This document shows positions 49,310-56,710 of a stretch of DNA of 64,000 nucleotides, piece after piece. Source of the DNA: an uncultured Muribaculaceae bacterium. GTDB lineage: Bacteria; Bacteroidota; Bacteroidia; Bacteroidales; Muribaculaceae. The notes beneath the pieces were generated by a model. That model did no database searches, was not told the DNA's origin, and saw only the letters and a program-made list of their open reading frames with translations. The stretch covers positions 1,650 through 65,649 of the forward strand of contig CAJTRT010000008.1 in assembly GCA_910579105.1 (NCBI GenBank), read 5' to 3'. Position 1 is the stretch's first letter. Each line of letters opens with the position of its first letter. A program made the position numbers and the translations under genes.

Positions 49310-49350
49310 CAAATTGTAGGGACGCACGAGCCGTGCGTCCCTACAATTTG
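49310..49350. repeat. Perfect REP-derived palindrome between convergent genes
   Basis: CAAATTGTAGGGACGCACG-AGC-CGTGCGTCCCTACAATTTG (19-bp arms). Confidence 0.88.
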
Positions 49351-49421
49351 AATGGGAAATACGAGTTCGGCAACACCCTCCATACCAATCCAATATCACA
49401 CATTTAATTCAACCAGGAACG

Positions 49422-50096
49422 TCAGGGACGGAACATCTCCACGGCAACCTCCCCCGCGGCGCAATAGCGGCGCAGGAGGTCGGCATATAGCCGGGCCACA
49501 TCGGCCGGGGGCATCTCTTCGCCGTAGATATTAACACACACCGTCAGATTCCTGGTGTCAGCGATTATCTTTGTGCGCTCGTTGTCGCTGGTCGGGGTGC
49601 CGACGCCGCCCGCCGCGTCGCGATATACCGGCATCCCCTCGATATTGATCAGGCCGCGGCCTATCCCCTCGTACGGCTCCCCGGCACGCCCGACGCCGAG
49701 CACCAGCCTGTCGCCCTGGATCTTGTCGGAATCAAAAGCCCCGATCGCGTAACCGCTCGCGATTGACACATAGTTGCAGACATCCACCAGGTTGTCAATG
49801 AAATACAATCCCTTGCCATTGACAATGCGGCGCATGAGCTGCTCCTGCGCCGGGCGGTAGCGGTTAGGTTCTTTGCCGAGCGCCTTGTAAGCGGCGCGGG
49901 TAGCCGCGATTCCCGGACGATGGTTGATGTCGGGCAGCTCATAAGAGCCTTCCACACGCTCGGCCAGTTCTTCCAACGCCCGCCGCAGTTCCGGGTCGGT
50001 GGGCCCGTTGGCCACTTCCGCCGCGATCCTCACCACAACCAGCCCCGGGGCCGCGGCGGCTATTGCCGGCTCAAACTCAATACTCACTTCCTTCAT
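49422..50096 (-). CDS. Stand-alone B3/B4 domain protein (PheRS-beta editing-domain-like)
   Basis: R.AYK.LG..P.RYRP..E.L.RR, LVD..N..S......G.FD.DKI, G.G.Y.GIG, D..RT. Confidence 0.85.
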   Translation of the reverse strand: MKEVSIEFEPAIAAAAPGLVVVRIAAEVANGPTDPELRRALEELAERVEGSYELPDINHRPGIAATRAAYKALGKEPNRYRPAQEQLMRRIVNGKGLYFIDNLVDVCNYVSIASGYAIGAFDSDKIQGDRLVLGVGRAGEPYEGIGRGLINIEGMPVYRDAAGGVGTPTSDNERTKIIADTRNLTVCVNIYGEEMPPADVARLYADLLRRYCAAGEVAVEMFRP

Positions 50097-50173
50097 GATC
50101 CTATCGCTTTTATTTCCGCGAATTTACCCATTTTTTGTAATTTCGCGGAATGTTTGACCTCCGAAAGCCTCTT

Positions 50174-52294
50174 ATGCCGATAATGGCGCCGCTACGCGGA
50201 ACTTTCGTCCTATGGATGATGGCATTAGTATGCCTGGATGCCACAGGCGGCGGACTACCGGCTGCCACCGCGGCAAAAACTGCCGTATCTCACCAGGCCG
50301 AGGCCGACAGCCTGCTGCGCGGGTCGCTGGAAGAGGTGGTGGTGACCGGGCAGTCGGCCAGGCAGAGAATCGACGCGTTGCGCCTCGGGGTGGAAAACCT
50401 CGAGCTGGCAAAGCTGGCCCAGGTACCGCAGCTTTTCGGCGAGAACGACATAATAAAGTCAATCACGCTTATGCCCGGGGTGCGCGGCGAGGGGGACGGA
50501 GGCGGCGGTTTCGAGGTCAGGGGCGGCACAGCCTCGCAGAACCTGGTCCAGCTCGACGGCATAACGCTCTACAACCCGTCGCACGTCATGGGTATCTTCT
50601 CGACTTTCAACGACAACGCCCTCGCGCGCGCCACACTTTTCAAGGGGCCGTTCCCGGCGAGGTTCGGCGGAGCAACGGCCTCGGTGCTGGAAACGGCGCT
50701 CGCCCCCGGCGACATGGAGCGCTGGCACGCGGGAGGCACGATTGGCATCCTCGCCGCCAAGGCCAAAGCCGAGGGCCCGGTTGTCAGAGACCGCCTGTCG
50801 GTGGCCGTGACGGCGCGACGCTCATATGTCGACGCGTTCCTTCAAATGGTACCGCAATACCGGGGGACGGTGATGAATTTCTACGACGTGACCGCCAAGC
50901 TGCGATTCATCCCGCGCCGGGGCGACATACTCGATGTATCATTCATTATAAGCCACGACAACATGGCCATAGACCGCCTCATGGGGATGTACTGGGGCAA
51001 CCTCGGAGGCGCGGTCAACTGGACGGCACGCGCGGGTGAAAAGCTGACGTTCACAACCACCGGAGCCGTGACCGACTATTCGCCGAAGATGTCGATGACG
51101 ATGATGAACATCGACCAGGAGATGACGCAGTACATCCGCGACTTCTCCCTGAGCGAGAAAGCCAACTGGGCGGTCGCTGACGGGCACCTCATAGAATTCG
51201 GCCTGCGCTCGCAGCTGCTGAGGGTCAAATCGGCCGAGATGCGGCTCCGGGGCACTGATCAGAAAGAAATCCGCTCGGGCTGGCAGAACGCCCTGTGGGC
51301 GAGCTACGACGGAACGTTCGGCGAGCGATGGGGAATTTCGGCAGGCGCCAGACTGTCGGTTTTCTCGGCGATGACCGGAAGGCGGTTCCGCGAGTTCGCC
51401 GCGATTGGCGAGGATGCCCCGTCATTTTCCAAAAAGACCTACGTCGATGTCGAGCCGCGGGTAAGCGTCAAATACAGCGTCACGCCCTGCCATAATGTTA
51501 AGATAGGCGCCGGGGCGGCCACGCAGAACCTCCATGCGATACGTTCCTCGGCCACGAGTTTCCCGTTTGACCGCTATGCGCTGACCTCGGCCTCTGTCCG
51601 TCCCGAAAGGGCGCTTCAAGCCGGGGTCGGATATTCCGGCATGGCCTCCGACGGAGCGTTCGACTGGTCGGCGGAACTGTACTACAAGGACCTGCGGAAC
51701 GTCTACGACTACGCCGACGGCCGCACGATGTTCTCCCGCGTGAACCTCGAAAGCATCATACTCCGGGGGCGCGGGCGCGGCTACGGCGCGGAACTGATGT
51801 TCCGGAAGAATACAGGGGCGCTCACCGGGTGGGTGGCCTACACGCTGTCGCGCACAGAGACCCGCGTTCCAGGCATCAACGGAGGCAGATGGTATGACGC
51901 GTCCAACGACCGGCGCCACGACATTTCCGTTGCCGCCATCTACCGTTTCAACGACCGGTGGAGCGCCTCGGCCTCATGGACGTTCTCCTCGGGCAACCCG
52001 ATCACCGCTCCCGACGCCAAATACGAGCTCGACGGCACCACCATATATTACTACTCGCGGCGCAACGGCTACCGCGTGCCGCCGACCCACCACCTCGACC
52101 TATCCGCCACATGGACGCGGAGGGGCAGGCGGTTCACCACCCAGTGGTCTTTCGGCATATATAACGCCTACTGCCGCTATAACCCTTACATAGTCTACTT
52201 CGAGGACGACCCGTCGAAGCCTTCCGGCTCCCGCGCCGTGCAGCGCGCCCTCTTCGGCCTCGTCCCCTCTGTTTCCTACACGCTCAAATTCTGA
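50174..52294 (+). CDS. TonB-dependent receptor
   Basis: LEEVVVTG, P.LFGE.DI.K.I...PGV, VRGG...QNL..LDG, YN..H..G.FS.FN, C-terminal PSVSYTLKF. Start uncertain (50150-50215). Confidence 0.9.
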   Translation: MPIMAPLRGTFVLWMMALVCLDATGGGLPAATAAKTAVSHQAEADSLLRGSLEEVVVTGQSARQRIDALRLGVENLELAKLAQVPQLFGENDIIKSITLMPGVRGEGDGGGGFEVRGGTASQNLVQLDGITLYNPSHVMGIFSTFNDNALARATLFKGPFPARFGGATASVLETALAPGDMERWHAGGTIGILAAKAKAEGPVVRDRLSVAVTARRSYVDAFLQMVPQYRGTVMNFYDVTAKLRFIPRRGDILDVSFIISHDNMAIDRLMGMYWGNLGGAVNWTARAGEKLTFTTTGAVTDYSPKMSMTMMNIDQEMTQYIRDFSLSEKANWAVADGHLIEFGLRSQLLRVKSAEMRLRGTDQKEIRSGWQNALWASYDGTFGERWGISAGARLSVFSAMTGRRFREFAAIGEDAPSFSKKTYVDVEPRVSVKYSVTPCHNVKIGAGAATQNLHAIRSSATSFPFDRYALTSASVRPERALQAGVGYSGMASDGAFDWSAELYYKDLRNVYDYADGRTMFSRVNLESIILRGRGRGYGAELMFRKNTGALTGWVAYTLSRTETRVPGINGGRWYDASNDRRHDISVAAIYRFNDRWSASASWTFSSGNPITAPDAKYELDGTTIYYYSRRNGYRVPPTHHLDLSATWTRRGRRFTTQWSFGIYNAYCRYNPYIVYFEDDPSKPSGSRAVQRALFGLVPSVSYTLKF

Positions 52295-52300
52295 ACGGGC

Positions 52301-53110
52301 ATGCGCGAACTATTGTTGAAAACACTACCGGCTGTCGCCATGCTGCTTGCCGGATGCGAGAAAGAGATAGATTTCAAATACCGCGACATCGAGCCCATAC
52401 TCGTGATCGAGGGCGCGGTGACACAGGACGGAACCTCGGTCAGCCTGACGGAGACCACCCCGATGGACGAGCCTATGGACCGCCGCCAGGTGGCCGGGGC
52501 CGAAGTCTGGCTGGACGATCTCACCGCCGGTACTTCAACCATCCTGCTCCCCTCTGGCGACGAACCTGACGGCCCCTACCGCTCACTGGCCGGAGGGGTC
52601 GAGGGGCACCGCTACCGGCTGTCAGTCACCCGCCAGGGCGCTACGGAGACGAACACGGCGGAGTGCGTAATGCCTCCTGCCGCCGCCGTGCCGGAACTTG
52701 ACTTTGCCTGGATCGAGATGCCCTACGACCGCGTGGCCGTGCTGCGCGTACGCTTCGCCGCCGACCAGGAACAATGCTACTGGGTGCGCGTCTACCGCGA
52801 CGGAGAGGCGTACATGTGGCGCGCGGTAAGCGGCAACGCCGTCTCCGGCGGAGAAATCAGCGAAGTGTTCATGACCACCCGCCAGGACATATCCGAGGAA
52901 GAGGACGACACAGTGCTGGTCGACGGCGACGAGCTGACAGTGACCATCGCCCCTATCTCCCGCGCGATGCACGACTATCTCGAGGCAATCGGCGCCGACA
53001 GCACCGGTCCGCGCCTGTTCGACGGCCCCATGGCGCTCGGATACTTCCTCGCGGCCCCTCTCTCGTCCTCCACAATCACCTTCCATCCCTCTGAAATCCC
53101 CGACTTCTGA
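52301..53110 (+). CDS. DUF4249-like lipoprotein partner of the TonB receptor
   Basis: Lipobox LAG-C, CEKEID...LVIEG, Y.L.V, C-terminal ALGYF. Confidence 0.78.
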   Translation: MRELLLKTLPAVAMLLAGCEKEIDFKYRDIEPILVIEGAVTQDGTSVSLTETTPMDEPMDRRQVAGAEVWLDDLTAGTSTILLPSGDEPDGPYRSLAGGVEGHRYRLSVTRQGATETNTAECVMPPAAAVPELDFAWIEMPYDRVAVLRVRFAADQEQCYWVRVYRDGEAYMWRAVSGNAVSGGEISEVFMTTRQDISEEEDDTVLVDGDELTVTIAPISRAMHDYLEAIGADSTGPRLFDGPMALGYFLAAPLSSSTITFHPSEIPDF

Positions 53111-53123
53111 ACCAGGAGCCGCC

Positions 53124-53489
53124 TCACGAGACCGTCTCGATTTCCGGATGATCCACCCGGAAACGCCTGGGCAGCTTCCTGACGATTTCGGAATAGCTGT
53201 GGCGAAGCAGCGACCGCACGAACCCGTCAGGCAGAGATCCGGAGATGCTTACCTGGTTCCAGTACTTCTTGTTCCAGTGCCACGCCGGCTCGATTTCCGC
53301 ATAACGGTCCCGTAGGTCGAGCGCGTATTCCGGATCGCACTTCACCGCCAGGTAATCGGGGCGCCGGAGACCGCAGCAGGCGAAAATCTTACCATGCAGC
53401 CTGAACAGAAGATATTCCTCGCCGAAAGCCATATCCTCAGTAACCAACGGCAGCGACAGACAGTAGTCCCTTATCTGTTCTATATCCAT
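53124..53489 (-). CDS. MmcQ/YjbR family protein
   Basis: R.YCLSLP..TED..FG, K.FA, VKCDPE.A..LR..Y..I.PAWH.NKKYW. Confidence 0.9.
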   Translation of the reverse strand: MDIEQIRDYCLSLPLVTEDMAFGEEYLLFRLHGKIFACCGLRRPDYLAVKCDPEYALDLRDRYAEIEPAWHWNKKYWNQVSISGSLPDGFVRSLLRHSYSEIVRKLPRRFRVDHPEIETVS

Positions 53490-53627
53490 ACCCTTATCTG
53501 TTCTATATCCATGCCCGCGAAGTTACCACTTTCCCGGATATTTAAATCATTCACAAACGTGAGCACTCACACATCACTCACACCTAATCGTATCGTTTTT
53601 CATAATTCTGCGATTTAGGCAAAAAGA

Positions 53628-53662
53628 AAAAACGCTGAAAATCAAGTAATTTCAGCGTTTTT
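53628..53662. terminator. Hairpin flanked by A/T tracts next to the putative att site
   Basis: AAAAACGCTGAAA / TTTCAGCGTTTTT, 13-bp arms. Confidence 0.7.
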
Positions 53663-53887
53663 CAACATTTTGACAATTTTGTCTTGTGACCCCGGAGAAG
53701 CCGAGGTTTATCGTTGTAACTAAGTAGTATTCAGAGTGTTGTAATGCCGTCACTCCGTTTGTTCACGAATTGCACACGGCATTATTTCAATGTTCTTACC
53801 CATTATTCCATTTGGGCATTACAAAATTAGTGCTTTTTATCCGATTTTCAAGCATCTATGGCGTTAAAAATGCCTTATCCATCACGG

Positions 53888-54226
53888 TCAAAGCATGGCG
53901 GCAATCTGCTTTTCGACTGCCGTGCGTATGAATGAGTTTATAGACACTCCGGCTTGTTTGGCAAGATAGGCCACCCGCGTATGTATGTCGGGGGTAAGAC
54001 GCACGTTTAATGAGCCTGAATAACTCTTGTGAGGCTCAATACCTTCTTCGGCGCAATAGGCGAGATAATCATCGACCGCTTCATGAAAGGCGTTGGTGAG
54101 TTCTGCCACGCTCTCGCCCTCGAAGTTCACAAGACCGTCTATACCTTCAATTTTTCCGAAAAACACATTATCCGCCTCGCTGAAAGCGACCGAGCCAATA
54201 AAATCCTTATATTTCAATGTATTCAT
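53888..54226 (-). CDS. hicB: HicB-family antitoxin (orphan)
   Basis: L.YK.F.GSV......FFGKI.GI...V.FEG.SV.EL...F..AVDDYL, K.YSG.LNVR....H, RHH C-terminus. Confidence 0.9.
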   Translation of the reverse strand: MNTLKYKDFIGSVAFSEADNVFFGKIEGIDGLVNFEGESVAELTNAFHEAVDDYLAYCAEEGIEPHKSYSGSLNVRLTPDIHTRVAYLAKQAGVSINSFIRTAVEKQIAAML

Positions 54227-54385
54227 ATCAGTCCTTCATTTTCATCAGATAAAAGTAACTATTTTTCAGTTGCAAAACAAATCTATGGAATGGAAAGTTT
54301 TTCAGTATTGATTATAAAGGATGTGAATATAGGCAAGATATGACGTGAATTGGATTGTGAAATTTTGAGTCTTGCAGATTTTTTA

Positions 54386-54438
54386 TTTGGATAGATGCGG
54401 ATAATTGCCTAAATTTGCAATTCGCGAATTGCAAATTT
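54386..54438 (+). promoter_or_regulatory. Bacteroidetes sigma-A promoter overlapped by a perfect 28-bp palindromic operator
   Basis: TTTG (54386-54389), 20 bp spacer, TAAATTTG (54410-54417); AAATTTGCAATTCG-CGAATTGCAAATTT at 54411-54438. Confidence 0.8.
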
Positions 54439-54447
54439 GATTTGGAT

Positions 54448-54981
54448 ATGACTAAAAATCACAATGGTATGCGGCCGCAAGACATAGTAATATTACTCAA
54501 AAAGATTACTGACAAGGGGCGCAATCTGCTGAACGGCCAGATTGCGAAAGAACTTGGCATAAGTGCTTCGGAGGTTTCCGAGGCACTTGAACGATGCCGT
54601 ATGGCACGGTTGGTAGATAACGCCAAACAGCGTGTGAATATTCTTGCGTTGGAGGAATTTCTTGTGCATGGTCTTAAATATGTGTTTCCGGTGCAGCCTC
54701 AAAGTGTTGTTCGTGGTGTAGCAACTGCTATTTCCGCCGCGCCGATGAAAGACAGGATTGTATCGGGTAGTGAACAATATGTTTGGCCGGATGCAAAAGG
54801 CAATATGCGCGGAGCCGCTATAACTCCATTATATAAGACCGTTCCGACTGCCGTAGCAAATGACGTAATGTTATATAATCTCTTGGCTATTGCCGACACT
54901 CTAAGAATCGGGCGAGCGCGTGAGGTGGAGATTGCGAAGGTTGAACTTAAAAATATTCTCGCTGACTATGATGTCAAGTAA
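54448..54981 (+). CDS. Winged-HTH protein, AbiEi-like antitoxin/autoregulator
   Basis: QIAKELGISASEVSEALERC HTH; C-terminal LY.LL...D.LR.GRARE..IA; overlaps the downstream NTase gene. Confidence 0.65.
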   Translation: MTKNHNGMRPQDIVILLKKITDKGRNLLNGQIAKELGISASEVSEALERCRMARLVDNAKQRVNILALEEFLVHGLKYVFPVQPQSVVRGVATAISAAPMKDRIVSGSEQYVWPDAKGNMRGAAITPLYKTVPTAVANDVMLYNLLAIADTLRIGRAREVEIAKVELKNILADYDVK

Positions 54982-55663
54982 TCTTGAAAGATTGAAGATA
55001 ATTGCCGACGGTTTGGGAGAATTGAACCGTCAGGTCGCTTTTGTAGGAGGGTCGGTTGCCGAACTATATGCGGATAATCCCGCCGCTACCGAAATCCGCA
55101 TGACTGAAGATGTGGATTGTGTGATAGAACTGGCTACTTATCGCGGGCTGTATGAACTTGAAGAAGTGATACGCAGTCGCGGGTTTGCCAACGACACCAC
55201 TCCCGGTGCCCCAATCTGCCGATGGACTTATAAGGGCGAAACAGTGGATATAATGCCCGATGACAAGAGTGTGTTGGGCTTTACCAACGAATGGTATCGA
55301 CCTGCGTTTGCACACCGCAAAGAAGTGGGGCTATCTGACGGTACATCTATCTACATATTTCCAACCCTCTACTACATCGCCACCAAGATTGAGGCGATAA
55401 AAGGCCGTGGAGGTAAAGACCTCCGTTTTTCTCATGACTTTGAGGATTTGATTTATGTCCTCAATAATTGCGAGAGGATTACAGGTTTGTTTGACAATGA
55501 AAAGGATTTGACATTGACAGCTTATCTTTCCGATTGGGCAGCGCAGACGCTTGAACGACAAAATATCAGGGAAGAAATAGAATGTGCGCTACCATACGGT
55601 GATTACGAAAGGACTGAATATATCCTTGACATTCTTACTCATTTTGCGAAAGGGAAACAATGA
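54968..55663 (+). CDS. Pol-beta superfamily nucleotidyltransferase, AbiEii/MenT-like
   Basis: FVGG.....Y, R.TEDVD (GG + DxD), VDIMP, K..A...R, HDFED; start MMSSNL at 54968. Confidence 0.78.
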   Translation: MMSSNLERLKIIADGLGELNRQVAFVGGSVAELYADNPAATEIRMTEDVDCVIELATYRGLYELEEVIRSRGFANDTTPGAPICRWTYKGETVDIMPDDKSVLGFTNEWYRPAFAHRKEVGLSDGTSIYIFPTLYYIATKIEAIKGRGGKDLRFSHDFEDLIYVLNNCERITGLFDNEKDLTLTAYLSDWAAQTLERQNIREEIECALPYGDYERTEYILDILTHFAKGKQ

Positions 55664-56424
55664 AAATACAGTATGCCTCTGATTTGCACCTTGAATTTGG
55701 GGCGAATTCCGTTTATCTGCGCAATAATCCGCTGATCCCGGTTGGTGACATATTGATACTTGCCGGCGACATCGGTTATCTTGGCGATGATAATTACATC
55801 AAACATCCGTTTTGGGATTGGGCAAGTGGAAACTATGACCGCGTGATTGTTATTCCGGGCAATCATGAACTTTACAATTCGTTTGACATAAACGAATTGC
55901 ACGATGGATGGCGTTTTGAAATCCGCAAAAACATCGAGTATGTCTATAATACGGTGATTGTTCTTGACAAAGACACCGATTTAATTGCTACGACACTATG
56001 GAGCGAGATACATCCGTCAAACGGATATTTTACAGAGCGCGGTGTCAGTGATTTTCATCGGATAAGAAACGGAGCATACCGTCTGACATGGGAGCGGTTT
56101 AATGATGAACACCTTAAATGTAGAAAGTTCATTGAAAATAGCCTTGTATCAAGTAATGCACGGCATATAATTGTAGCAACTCATCATGTACCGTCATTTG
56201 AACTGATGTCAGATGAATTTCAAGGAAGTCCGATTAACGGTGCATTTACCGTAGAACTTGGCAACATGATAGCCAACAGCCGGATAGAAAATTGGATTTA
56301 CGGTCACTCTCACCGGAATATAAATAAAACAATAGGCTCTACCCGTTGTTTGAGCAATCAGTTGGGATATGTTTCTCATGGAGAACATCAATCTTTCAAA
56401 CCGACTGCTGTGATTGAGATATAA
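55660..56424 (+). CDS. Calcineurin-like metallophosphoesterase
   Basis: SDLH, LAGDI, PGNHE, THH.P, GHSH; ATGA overlap with the NTase stop. Confidence 0.92.
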   Translation: MKIQYASDLHLEFGANSVYLRNNPLIPVGDILILAGDIGYLGDDNYIKHPFWDWASGNYDRVIVIPGNHELYNSFDINELHDGWRFEIRKNIEYVYNTVIVLDKDTDLIATTLWSEIHPSNGYFTERGVSDFHRIRNGAYRLTWERFNDEHLKCRKFIENSLVSSNARHIIVATHHVPSFELMSDEFQGSPINGAFTVELGNMIANSRIENWIYGHSHRNINKTIGSTRCLSNQLGYVSHGEHQSFKPTAVIEI

Positions 56425-56464
56425 CGTACCCCCAACGACTGAATATACCACCTTGAAAGTGGTA

Positions 56465-56678
56465 CAAAAAATAGCGTGCTAATCACAGTCCATAAGTGAA
56501 GGTTCTGGTAAACCTATGTAAGAGAACGTGACAGCACGCTATGCTTGCGCATAGCATAACTTTCACGCATTTGCTCTTACAAGTTCCAATGTACCAGATT
56601 TTCACTTAAACAAAATGCGGTGTTATGTTATGATGTATGATATAAACGATTGGCTCTCCAATCGCTACTATTTCAAAA
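56465..56678 (-). ncRNA. Candidate structured non-coding RNA
   Basis: Minus-strand -7 element TAACTTTG (56685-56692), multiple nested complementary segments, and a terminal stem followed by a U-tract; no credible ORF. Confidence 0.55.
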
Positions 56679-56710
56679 TCACTGCAAAGTTAGTGATTTT
56701 TGGCGAGTTG

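Noticed and set aside
53686..53760. Intact tRNA gene
   Set aside because: Only ~10-12 nt resemble a tRNA 3' end; there is no T-arm or cloverleaf. Treated as an att remnant.
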